From contig QPGO01000010.1 of NCBI GenBank assembly GCA_008632985.1, positions 496,001-560,000 of the forward strand: 64,000 nucleotides of DNA, given 5' to 3'. The notes below the pieces were generated by a model. The model did no database searches. It saw only the letters and a program-made list of their open reading frames with translations, and was not told the DNA's origin. A program made the position numbers and the translations under genes. Shown here piece after piece: positions 12,200 through 23,775 of the stretch. This DNA is from Psammoneis japonica. Its lineage: Eukaryota. Each line of letters starts with the position of its first letter. Position 1 is the stretch's first letter.

Positions 12200-13090
12200 G
12201 GTGACAAGCCTGGCAGTGCCACTGAGTTGCTGCCCATCCTTTTTCCACTGGAGCATCTCCAAAGTGAGGAGCTTGAGTCTCCAATGACAGCAAATGAATT
12301 GGAGGTCATTTGCCAAGGGGGAATGAGCACAGAACAGTCAGTCATTTGAGGAGTTGCACATGTTTGGCAATGCTTGGGTGACTCCAGCCACACCAAGATC
12401 ACTGAGGCCAGAAGAGAGCACCCCTGAAAGGGTCTTTAAACCCTGAACAACATGCACAGAACAAACATCAGAGGAGCAGCAATCTTGAGGGTGCTCAGGC
12501 AGCTGTGCCAAGACTGAGGCCAAACAGAAAGCACTGAGCTGGTCGGATGGTTGTAACACCCATTGAACCTGCATCCCGGGGGGAGGGGGTTGGACAGTTT
12601 CAACACCTGCCAAACATTCATCCCAGGGGTTGGATGGTTTCAACACCTCCTGTCAAACGTGCACACGGTTTCAACACCTGTGAAACTTGCATCCTGGGGG
12701 ATGGACATTTTTACACCTGTTAAACTTGCATCCCAGGGGAGGGTGACAAGCCTGACAGTGCCATTGAACTGTCCATGCTTCTTCTGCCAGAGTGTCTCCA
12801 ACAAGGAGCTGGAGACTCCAATGGCAGTGAATGGGTTGGAAGCTGTTCGCCGAGGGCAATGGGCACAAACCAATCATCTGAGGAGCCGCATGTGCTTGAA
12901 AATGCTTGAGCACTTCTTGCAATGCCAAGACTGAGGCCAAACAGAGAACAACTTTAAATCCCGAACAATGAGCACAGAACAATCAGTGCTGTAGAGGAGT
13001 CGCATGCTTGAAAATGCTTGAGTGGCAATGCCAAGACTGAGGTCAAACAGAGAGCACCAAAATCGGACTATAAATCCCGAGCAATAGACT
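12200..13090 (+). repeat. Local duplication plus ~110 bp repeats
   Basis: GTGACAAGCCTG... block at ~12201 and ~12743; CCAAGA...CTGAGG-type units at ~12393, 12507, 12924, 13030. Confidence 0.75.
12541..12745 (+). repeat. Minisatellite cluster 3 (GGATGGTTTCAACACC core)
   Basis: Five core copies near 12545, 12592, 12632, 12664, 12703; same orientation as cluster 1. Confidence 0.75.
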
Positions 13091-13301
13091 AGACCAGATC
13101 AGATTTAAGAAATAACGTTGTAGCATGACAGATGAAACACCAACAAATGCATTCCACCTGCATCGTCGCATGAAACTGCCCGGCATACTTCATTGCTAGA
13201 GCCAGGATCGCAGACAATGGCTATCATTCCTTCCAAATCTTCTCCATCACATAAATCTCTAACCACAGTCTTCTTTATACTCAATCAATGGAATATGGTA
13301 C

Positions 13302-13988
13302 TCAGGAGGAAAATACCGACATGTCGTTGTCTCGAAGCATACAGACTGATGCGTAAATGCCAACGATGGGAAAGAAGAACCACAACGAGTTGGCGAATCC
13401 TACAAAGCCCCAGGTTTCAATAGGCTTCCTTCCTTGATATCTTCGATTAAACACAAACGACAGAATGTATATGATTGTTCCGTACATGACTTGCCAAAAG
13501 TAACAAAGACCAACGCATCCAACCAAAAGTGGAGAAGCTGAGAAAATAATCGCATAGTTCCACAAGATCCCCGGCGGAATTGTGGACCAACCATTGCCGA
13601 CATCGATAAAGAACCCAAAAGATTCATGGTTCTGGTAAGAAGGATCGTATAGGGCATAAGTCGACCACATTTTACCCCAAGTTCTACCGTCAAACAGCGT
13701 AGAAAGTGAGAGCGGAAGGGTCAAGTAACTCAAACATGCTTCCCATTCACGACCCTTGTATTCTTCTTTCAGTTTCTTGTAGTCGTCCTTGATGAACATT
13801 ATGTGGTTTCCAAGCGCAATTTCACACAATGCAATGAGGATGTTGAGATTGTTGAAGAACAACAGCGAAGCACCGACTGCGTTAGGTCTCGTGGCACAGA
13901 GACTTAAACAACCACCGGTGGTGCCGACGAGCCAGAAAATTATGGCTGTCATAACGTTCAGCCCAGGCAGTCCCTCTTCCTTTCTCAT
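13302..13988 (-). CDS. Multi-pass membrane protein, EXPERA/EBP-like
   Basis: Intronless ORF from MRKEEGLPG; several TM helices; W..YALYDPSY and N.LW..FP motifs resemble EXPERA (sterol isomerase-like) proteins. Confidence 0.6.
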   Translation of the reverse strand: MRKEEGLPGLNVMTAIIFWLVGTTGGCLSLCATRPNAVGASLLFFNNLNILIALCEIALGNHIMFIKDDYKKLKEEYKGREWEACLSYLTLPLSLSTLFDGRTWGKMWSTYALYDPSYQNHESFGFFIDVGNGWSTIPPGILWNYAIIFSASPLLVGCVGLCYFWQVMYGTIIYILSFVFNRRYQGRKPIETWGFVGFANSLWFFFPIVGIYASVCMLRDNDMSVFSS

Positions 13989-14494
13989 CGTCGAGACAAG
14001 AAGTTTGATTGCCACCAATGCTTATCGGCAACGTAGTTTCAAGTTGACTTGTCAGTGGGAAGTAGCAAATGCCGAAGAAGTGAGAAAGTGGAAAGAGACA
14101 ATCGCATCGCATGTCGCATGCGTCGGCATTGGTCGTTGTGTTCTTGTGTCTGTCTCCTGTGTGTGCTTGCAACCGAACCGAAGAGCCGCGACAGCTACAA
14201 ACTCCATGCGACGGAACAGACAGTCCATGCCTTTAGCTGGATGGACCAAACTGGAAACCTTTGAATGACGAGAGAGTAGGAGGAGGTGTCTGATGTACTA
14301 CGCGTTGAGGGATGCTTCATGGCGAACGCGGGGCTCGTCTAATAGTTTATTCTAATATAGTAAGCAGTTAGTACCGCATTCAAATTATGGTAACTAATAG
14401 ACTTTTATAAGAGGCAAGAGTGGAAGATGAGATAATGTGCGACAGATATCGTCGTCACTGGAATGAATTATTTGTCTTTCTAGCTTTTGAAAGC

Positions 14495-15752
14495 TTAGAG
14501 AGATGACATGCCCATAAGTACACGAAGCTGCTCGAAGATAACGAGCTGCACAGTCGTGGTTGGTGCGAATCGTGACCAAATAGGCATGAAACCACGCCAC
14601 AATGTGGTTGGTCCCTCATTCTTGACAATCTTCATAAAGCAGTCAAGAGCATTGTTGTAAATCTTTGCGTCCGCAGGTTGGTTCATGAGACGCGTCCTGA
14701 TCATGTCAAACGGTGCCACTGTGCACGTCATGAAGAAACCGGCTGTCACAGCCGACAGGAACTGAGTACCGAGGTGGTTCTTGGGCAATCCAGTAGCAGT
14801 CACAACGTAACCCTTGGCTTGATCGTACACTGCCATCTTTGTTCCGTTAAGAACCATTGCGCGAGCAATGTTAGAGTCGATACCACGGTAGAAACCACCA
14901 ATACCCTGGTTGGCAAGAAGTTCCTTGGCAGTGCCGGTGATTGATGGCACACCCTTCCCTTCGCTTGTCATCATCTTGGTCTTGAGCACATCGAAGGGGT
15001 TACCAGCCAGAGAACCAAGAGCACCAGCGGCACTACCGGCAGCAAACTTCTTAAGAAAGGTAGTCGATGCCGGGTCTGTGCACCCAAAGGCAACCTTGCA
15101 TGGCTCGTACAAACCGAGACGAAGCGATGTGTACGATGCTTCGCGAAGCCAGGCGGCATTTACACCCTTCCACAGAGCGAAAACACCCTCACCACTCACA
15201 ACCTTCTTCACTGTACCGCCCATTCCAAGCTTGCCGTATTCTGTAGAAATCTGGATACGAGTCTGTCGGAGAAAAAGAGAGAAGGACGAACAAAATAATC
15301 TTAGCAATTCAGCAAACGGGAAACCCAATTTCAGTTGTCGCTTTGAACAGTTTGTAATGATTTCGCCTTGGCATTCCTCTCAATGGCATAATTGTTCGTC
15401 GTCGCCTCGTGTGTTGGAGACATAGGCAATGACTGTCGCTCCTTTTTTGAATGTAAAAAGTCAACCTCAATTTCTCTGTGATATGTGGTAGCTCAGTCTG
15501 ACCAATGTAAACCTGCCTTTCATTTTTACTTGCAATCACTCCCACGACTCCTCCAACTAGAAATCGTCTTCAAAATTCCAAAAGCGGTAAAACACGATGG
15601 GTGATACATACCTTGACGACATCGATGGGATGGATAAAAGTGACGGTGATAACAGCAGCAGTTCCGGCCATACCGACTTGTTGAAGCAAGCTGGGACCGG
15701 CATCCGAAGTGGCCAAGAGCGGACTCTGTTTTGCAGGCGAAGAGAGACTCAT
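14495..15752 (-). CDS. Mitochondrial carrier (SLC25; UCP/dicarboxylate-oxoglutarate type), 2 exons: 15752-15612, 15262-14495 (~302 aa)
   Basis: Three PxDxxK/R motifs (PIDVVKTR across the intron, PFDVLKTK, PFDMIRTR); GT-AG intron 15611-15263 preserves frame. Confidence 0.93.
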
Positions 15753-16262
15753 GGTGTTGGTAACGTAGTCGGTATTTTGTGGGTGGCCTGTGGTTTGATG
15801 GCAATAACTGGCGAAGACGACAACACGTACTTCGCCGCGTTCGATCGCAACGTCGCACAACCAAAATGTGAAGGTGCGGATGTGGAACGCTTTATTCCTG
15901 ACGTCATAGCAACCCACGTGTGCCTGACGTCATATATCTAAATTAAATGTCTGTTTATAAGTATGCACGTGTTGTGTGATTGTGCCCGTTTGGCGTCGTT
16001 CCCGCTCTTGGGAGCATCCTGTCCTTGCGTCGACATGAAACTGAAAACGCGTCTGTGCTTGGAGATGAGATCAGATATCAGATAAATAGAACCCAAGCAG
16101 CGAGAGAAGCAGAAGCAAGAAAGAGGAAAGAGGAAAGTGGGAGGGTCATGATTCATGAAATGACAGCATGACAGGGGTGAAAGACGCCGCGCCGCTGCTG
16201 TAAACTCTATAAGGCTCAACAACGCCCACTCATACATAGAAGGCCCACTGGACAGAGTATCC

Positions 16263-18121
16263 ATGATGACGCCCCACACTCCCACTTCCATACCTTCCAA
16301 AAGATCTGCTTCCGAAGAAGACGAAGTGTCAAAACCACTGTTCATTCGCAATCCGAATACGAACGATGTGCTCTTCGGGCGTGGCATACCGTGTCGAGAG
16401 CACAGTGGTTCTAAACAGTACCATGAAATATGCAAGCTATTCAGAGAAGAGTACAGATCAACGTCCAGTCGAGAGGCGAAGAACATCATTTCATACAAAA
16501 TTATTAACGCAATTGGTTCACTAGTTCCACCGGGAAGGTTTCTGCAGTTGATACCGAGGGAAGAAGCGAAGACGAAGGGAATATTCAAAAGCTGTCACGG
16601 CCATTTCAGTATCTGGGAGGAAATGGACAGTATCAGTGCTCTCACCAAAGTGAAGCAATCGCTTCGTGATATCTCTCGACAACGTGACCACTCGAGTTTC
16701 GCAACGCGTCCTATGACTATCACGTCTGTCGTCTCTAGTGCTGGTCATATTGGAAATCTTAACAGGCCCGTGCCAGTTACCTCCAATGTATCCATCCGCT
16801 CTTCACAAACTAACGAATGTAACAGCGATCAACTGGGTCAAACTGGAGAACGCGCTAACTCCCTGCAAGTGCAAACACGCATATCAAATTCTGAGAATGA
16901 GACATCGAACGCCTCTGGTACTGTAGATCGTTCGTCGATGGAAATCGAGAGACAGGATGATGAAGATGAAACAGCGGAAGATATATGGAAGGCAATGGCT
17001 ATGGATGATGCACCGAAAATTACGGAAGAAGAAATCAAGAGCGAGAAGGAATCACTAACGGAGGTAGAACGAATGTCAGTACTTCAAGATTTGTTTGGCA
17101 AATCCCTGAACATCAGTGCTCCTGCGAAGAAACGATTGAAACGATCTGACCCGGGCTCCATCACTAGTCTTTTGCTAGAAATGAGAGAGGCAATCGATCT
17201 GTTTCCTAAAGACGAGAAGTCAGCCGTTTTGGACGCCAGAACAAAGGCCGACGCGAGCGAGTTCAGCGACGATCGGCTAAAACAATTTCTTCTTCGAGAG
17301 GACATGGATCCTCAGGTACATCATTGTTATTTCTGTCGTCCTACTGCTTTGCTGCAATCCCATCTCACGGCCTTTCCTATCATTCCGCAGAAAGCTGCGC
17401 AGCGTTTTGTGACTTATTGGTCGGAGCGACGCCAGTTGTTTGGTCCAGAAAAATATTTAATGAACATGACGTTAGATGGAGCATTACGAGATGATTTGCC
17501 TACCCTCAAGGCTTGCATATTTTGTTATCTCCCTCGTCGTGATTCTTCGGGAAGGAGTTTGATCTTTATGGAGCAGTCTCGTCGGAACCCTGGTAAGCAC
17601 ACGCTGGATAGCATGGTGAGTATATCTGTACCTGCCGAGTTCTTGCGCTTAAGAACTTGGTTCAAAACTTACCTTCATTCCTTTTTTGTAAGCTACGAGC
17701 GTATTGGTATGTTCTTGAGACAGTTGTTAGGGTGAACACTGGAAAGGAAGCTGATTTCGTTGTCTTGACCAATGAGAAGAACTTGACAATCTGGGATTAT
17801 GATCAAAGGTTGCAGAAGCGTATATTAGAAATGGAGAACAGCATTTTTCCTGTTCGTCTGAAAGCCGTTCATGCATGCTTCATACCGAGGATTACACAGC
17901 TGCTGCTTAAGCCTATCTTATTTGCCGCCCTGAGCAAGAGAGAACGGCAGCGAATTGTCCTTCACGATGCAACAGAGAGCGAACTTCCGGAGGTGCTGGC
18001 AAGAGATTTTGGACTTCTCAGAGACATGCTGCCAACGGAAATGGGCGGAACAGTCAAGCTATGTGAGTGGATTGTAAGACAAGAAGCACTCGAATCAGAA
18101 GGCTCTGAGGAATGGCTTTAG
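16263..18121 (+). CDS. DUF6824-like N-terminal domain + CRAL-TRIO-like C-terminal domain protein, copy 1 (exons 16263-17315, 17391-17615, 17693-18121)
   Basis: NDVLFGRG...GRFL...KVKQSLRD is the diatom-expanded DUF6824 pattern; AA.RFV.YW..R..LFG, RD..GR, PVRLKAVH and LPTEMGG are CRAL-TRIO/Sec14-like. GT-AG introns are at the same positions in all three copies. Confidence 0.8.
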
Positions 18122-18204
18122 GCATCGAGGGCTTGGTCATGCGTCACGCCCCATCGAAAGAAAGGTTGCATCTTCTTTCGTTCTCCCAGCACCTGGTATA
18201 TTCG

Positions 18205-18385
18205 GATGACTTACCCAAGTTTCACAGAAGAAGAAATCAAGAGCGAGAAGGAATCACTGACAGAGGTAGGGCAAATGTCAACACTTCAGGATTTGTTAGG
18301 ATAATCCCTGGATCTCAGTGCTCCTCCGAAGAAACGCTAAAACGACCTGCCCCGAGTTCCATCGCCAGTTGTTTGCAAGAAATGA
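18205..18385 (+). pseudogene. Short degenerate fragment of the tandem gene family
   Basis: Aligns by eye to ~17005-17185 (gaagaagaaatcaagagcgagaaggaatcact...), with stops and indels. Confidence 0.75.
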
Positions 18386-18527
18386 ACGATGGAATTGGCA
18401 TGCTCTAGAAAAGCCTTTACTCTGCCGTTCAGTGGACTGGTAGTCCACTGGCACACTGATGATGCTCCTACCACCTCTTCCTATCTTTTGATGTCACTCG
18501 CGCATCTGCTTTAAGTGCTCGAGCTCA

Positions 18528-18823
18528 TCTCTCTCTCTCTCTCTCTCTCTCTCGCTGGAGGGAGTACAGCCAGTTAGTAGCTACGTACTGTATTAGAGAC
18601 TACCGTAGAGAGAGAGAGAGAAACTGGCCAGAGTAGAGGTGGCGGGTGTACGACTAGCTCTCTACTAATAGTATGTACTACAGTAGAGTGTAGAAGGCCC
18701 ACTTCATTCGTAAACTAGCAGCCCGCCCTTTGCTTGGTAGCCTACCTTTTTTAATTTCTTTTCACCCCTCGTGGCCGGCTCTAAGCTACCGGTAGAGCTA
18801 GAGAGAGCTACGGTATGGATAGC

Positions 18824-18855
<32 letters not shown>

Positions 18856-18990
18856 ATCTAGTAGTAGATATCTACTCTCTACTCTCTAATAGAGAGCTAG
18901 CTAGAGTACATAGTACTGTAGTAGCTACCGGTAGAGAGCTCTTAGCGTATGGATAGCGTTATTAGGAGTAGGGCCTAGTTAGTTGCCCGT
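18528..18990. repeat. TA-saturated low-complexity island with (CT)n, (AG)n and (CTAT)n
   Basis: (CT)~13 at 18528-18553, (AG)~7 at 18607-18621, (CTAT)~7 at 18825-18855, two copies of AGCTACCGGTAGAG (~18784, ~18923). Confidence 0.8.
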
Positions 18991-19280
18991 ACGGCCTACA
19001 AGTATGTCCGTTTGTCCTTTATTTCCTCGCATCACGCACGCATTCTGAATTCATCCAATGACGACGACTCATCACAACGACGCACTTTTCATTTCTTGCG
19101 CGCGTGTCTGACAATCGATCAACAGTCATCATCAGCCTCCGGTTTTCTGTGAGAAGTGAGAACAACCAAGAAGAGGGAAAGTGCAAAAGACGCACCTTGT
19201 GCTGACTACCGTAACGCGACGACAGGCGAACAATAAAGACGACAGCAGGCAGCAGGCACAATAAGCGGCATCGATACAAC

Positions 19281-21173
19281 ATGACAATGATACAACACAC
19301 TCCGACCAAACGAGTCGCAAGAGTGGTATCTGAAGATGACGAAGGAGGGGTGAAACTCCAGGTCATTCGAAAGCTGAATAAGAACGATGTGCTCTTTGGG
19401 CGTGGCACCCGTTTTCGAGAGCACAGTGGTTCGAAGCAGTTTCGTGAAATTTGCCAGTTATTCATAGAAGAGTATTCCTCAACTACCAATCGAGAGACCA
19501 AGAATATTGTCTCATACAAAATCATTAATGCAATTGGTGCTCTAGATCCTCCGGGAAGGTTTCTGCAAATTGTCTCGGAGAAAGAGGCGAAGAAGAAAGG
19601 GCTTGTTCATAGCAACGGCGATTGCGACAACATCTGGCAGGAAATGAGCAGCAGCAGTGCTCTGAGAAAAGTGAAGCAATCGCTTCGTGATATCACTCGA
19701 CCTACGCATGCCAATGAACGAACAGATCTACAAACGACCTCCTCTGAGAACACCGTCGGTGTTGACCGCGAACGAAAGCCCGCTGAGTTGGAAAACTTGA
19801 GCTTGCCACAGTCAGTACATTTGATCAGCGCTGGTAGCTCTTCGGATACACAGTCTGATGCTGAAACGACGATAATTGCGGAGCTTGACCACGTTGGTCA
19901 CAAAAAAGAGGATCACAGTATTACGATGCCTCTGCAGACGCCTCTCAACTGTACAGGAGACGAGACATTGGGTCCTAGAGCTGCTGATCAATTGCTGGTG
20001 AAAAATGAAACCTCAAACGAATCTGATACAGCCGAAGACTTTTGGGAGGTAGCAGCGATGGAACACGTACCTAAATTTACGGAGGAGCAAGCTAAGAACG
20101 AAAGGGAATCTCTAACAGACGTCGAACGGGTTTCCATTCTCAGGGACTTGTTTGGGAAATTGGATGTCGGCTCCCCTGCTAAAAAGCGCGTGAAACGACC
20201 TGCACCGTGCTCAATAGACTCTCTTTTGAAAGAAATGCGAAATGAAATAGATCGTTTCCCTGCAGAAGAGAAGTCATCGGTTTTAGAAGCCGAATCAAAG
20301 GCAGACTCGAGTGAGTTCAGCGACGATCGCCTTAAACAGTTTCTCTTTCGAGAGGATATGGATCCTCAGGTATGTGCGGTTCCGCTGATGTCCTTCCACG
20401 CTTTTTTCAATGATCTCACGGCCTTCATCTTGCAATCCATATCCAAAAGCGAGCTGCGCAACGCTATGTGACTTACTGGTCGGAACGACGACGGTTGTTC
20501 GGTCCGGAGAAATATCTAATGAACATGACATTAGATGGAGCATTGCGCGATGATATTGTCACCCTCAAGGCTTGTATATTCACTTTCATCCCTCGTCGAG
20601 ATGCTTCAGGAAGGAGCCTTATCTACATGGAACAGTCTCGTCGAAATCCGGATGAACACACGCTAGATAGCGTGGTGAGTTTGCTTTTTGTCATCCCTTG
20701 CTTAGGAGTAATGATGAAATATTGCTCACCTGCTTGTCTCTCTTCCCTAGATGAGAGGTTATTGGTATGTGCTTGAAACAGTTACAAGAGAAAATTGGGG
20801 TAAAGAAGCTGTCTTTGTTGTGTTGAACTACGACAAGAACTTAACAATCTGGGACTATGATCAAAGAATGCAGCAGCGTGTACTAGAATTTGAACACAGC
20901 ATTTTTCCGGTCCGTCTCAAAGCGGTTCATACTTGCTATCTTCCGAGGATCGCATTGTTCATACTGAAGCCTGTTGTATATGCCGTCTTAGACAAGAGGG
21001 AACGGCAACGTTCCATCATTCACGATGCAACAGGCGACGAGCTCTGTGAGCTGTTGGCAAGAGACTATGGACTCTTCAAAGATATGTTGCCAACTGAAAT
21101 GGGTGGAACAGTCAAACTTCGCGAGTGGATTGCAAGACAGGAAGGAGTTGGATCAGAAGGATGCGAAAGCTGA
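19281..21173 (+). CDS. DUF6824-like + CRAL-TRIO-like protein, copy 2 (exons 19281-20369, 20450-20674, 20751-21173)
   Basis: Paralogous motifs and intron positions match copy 1. Confidence 0.8.
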
Positions 21174-21826
21174 GAATGCCCTGAGGTGTAGTGGATAGAT
21201 CCGACGACATTTAGGGTTTGCTATTTTGGACGTAAGGGTGATTCTGCTCCGCAATGACGGTGTCTCAATTAGTCTCGCTGTGTTGAAATGATGCGGTTCT
21301 TCTGCTCATCGCGCAAGTCTTCATCGACTTATTAAATACTTAATCGAGTTGTTGCATTACCTTTTATCATTATAGCTTTCGGGATTGCAGAGGCTATCGC
21401 TGTTCTTCTTCGCAAAGGTGTGCTGTCAATGGATCATGACCCTGGGGCCTGGGGTGCATGTGTGTCGGTTGATGCTGAGATGATCTCCGTTGGCAAGCGG
21501 CAACCCAATCTCTGAGGATCCACAGCAGCGTGGCCATCAATTCTCTTGACTGATTCGGCACCATCCTTCTCTCGGTAGGTCATGGTCTGCCTTTACTTGT
21601 GGTGGATATGCAACATTAAAAATGAAAAAGGCGCGTTCTGCATCGGCCTGGCCTTCACTCGCTCCGACCACTGACACGATCGCGCGAGGAGCAACGAAGA
21701 ACGAAGAACACGGCGCTTCAACCCGAAATGTTCGTGCGGGCGCATTCGTTTTTTGTTTGAGGTGAAGGCAGCAAGTATTTTGGGCCTAAACACCGCATAG
21801 CGGCTTGCAGCAATCAGCAAATCACC

Positions 21827-23775
21827 ATGACACCCCACACTCCCTTTCCACCACCATCTAAAGGGTCGGTGTCCGAAGATGACGAAGGGATGACACCCCA
21901 GATAATTCGAAATCCAAATAAGAACGATGTGCTCTTCGGTCGCGGCATCCCGTGCAGAGAACACAGTGGCTCAAAGCAGTTTCGTGAAATTTGCCAGTTG
22001 TTCATAGATGAGTATTGCTCAACGAGCAGTCGAGAGACCAAGAATATTGTGACATACAAAATTATGAACGCTGTCGGTGATCTTGATCCACCGGGAAGGT
22101 TTCTGCAGATGATACCGGCGAAAGAAGCGAAGAAGAAAGGGTTTGTTAAGAATGGAGAAGCTTGTGGCAGTGTCTGGCAGGAAATGGACAGCAGCAGTGC
22201 TCTGAAGAAAGTGAAGCAATCTCTTCGTGACATATCTAGACCTACACAGGACAGTGAACGGCCAAGTCTTCAAGCGATTCCTCCACAACATCCCTCCTAA
22301 GGGCACCAAAGCCGACCCTGAAGAAACAAGATTCGCAATGGGAAAAAATACGGGATTGTCGCAGCTGTACATTCCATCAGTGCTAGCAGCTCTTCAGAGA
22401 CCTCGTCTGAAACTGAAATGCCGAAGAACGAGGAATATCACCAAGTTACTATCACCGAAGGTGCACAAATCATGGTGCCTCTGCAGACGCCACCCAACTG
22501 TACGAGTGCAGAAGACGAGACTTCGGGTCTTGGAGCTGTCGATCAATCGTTGATGAAAAATGAAACCTAAACGAATCTGATACAGCCGTCGATTTTTGGA
22601 AGGTGGTGGCAATGGAACACGAACCTAAATTCACGAGAAGAAGCTAAGAACGAAAAGGAATCTCTAACAGAAGTCGAGCGAGTTTCTGTTCTCCGAGACT
22701 TGTTCGGAAAGTTCATGGACCTCAGCTCTCCCGCTAGAAAACGCGTGAAGCGACCTAGTCCCGCCTCTACAGAATCTCTTTGCGAGAAATGCGACTTGAG
22801 ATCGATCGCTTCCCTGCAGAAGAGAAGGTATCGGTCTCAGAAGCCGAATCAAAGGCAGACCCGAGTGAGTTCAGCGACGATCGCCTTAAGCAGTTTCTCC
22901 TTAGAGAGGACATGGACCCTCAGGTATGTAATGTTATTCGTGACAATTTTCTACGTTTTGGGCCATAATATCTCACTGACGTTTGCTTTTCATAACGCAG
23001 AGAGCTGCAAAACGCTTTGTAACTTACTGGTCAGAGCGACGACAGTTGTTTGGTCCGGAAAAGTATCTAATGAGTATGACTTTGGATGGAGCGTTACGAG
23101 ATGATTTACCTACTATGAAGGCCTGTATGTTTTGTTATCTCCCTCGTCGAGATGCGTCAGGAAGAAGTTTGGTGTTATTTGATCATTCTCGTCGTAATCC
23201 CGATGAACACCAGTTTGATAGCGCGGTGAGTTTTGGACTCTGTTGGCTGATTCTCGATGAAGAAGTCTGAGCATCGTACTTACTCTCTTGTGTTCTTCCT
23301 TCTAGCTGAGATGTTATTGGTATATTCTGAGACAGTTGCAAGGGAAAATTGGGGCAAGGAAGCAAACTTTGTCGTGTTGGATTATGAAAAGAACGTGACA
23401 ATCTGGGATTATGATAGGAAATTGCAAGAGAGAGTCGTTGAATTTGAAAACAGCATTATGCCTGTTCGTCTTAAGGCGGTTCATGTGTGCTTCATCCCTT
23501 GGATTGCGCAGTTGCTACTCAAGCCTATCATATTTGCGGTCTTGGACAAGAGGGAACGGCAGCGAATCGTCATTCATGATGCAACCGAGAGCCAGCTTCC
23601 AGACGTTTTGGCGAGAGACTATGGAATTCTCCGAGACATGTTACCAACGGAAATGGGTGGAACATTTCACCTATTTGAATGGGTCTCCGCTCGAGAAGCA
23701 GCTGAAGCAAAGGTTTTCGACTGCGGGAGAAACGGTCTCTCGCCATTAGCGAATGGGCTCACCTTGAGAAAATGA
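21827..23775 (+). pseudogene. DUF6824-like + CRAL-TRIO-like protein, copy 3; frameshifted (pseudogene or assembly indels)
   Basis: Clear paralogue, but with a stop at 22300 and several small deletions relative to copy 2 (e.g. gaaacctaaacg vs gaaacctcaaacg). Confidence 0.65.

Larger units (their letters stand above)
460..13000. other. TpA- and CpG-depleted repeat domain 1 (nested decayed elements)
   Basis: About 40 TpA counted by eye in ~12 kb; TG/CA dominate; ORFs in all frames are Cys/His-rich and nearly Tyr-free. Confidence 0.9.

Noticed and set aside
367..12982. Many 60-370 aa ORFs in domain 1 as real genes
   Set aside because: They overlap in all frames, are Cys/His-rich and Tyr-poor, and are explained by loss of TAA/TAG in mutated repeats.
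460..13000. Classical RIP or plain CpG decay as the full explanation
   Set aside because: RIP increases TpA; CpG decay leaves TpA untouched and cannot give Tyr->His/Cys.
21396..21575. Short TA-free stretch as a fifth mutated domain
   Set aside because: Only ~180 bp and no repeat homology seen; plausible by chance.
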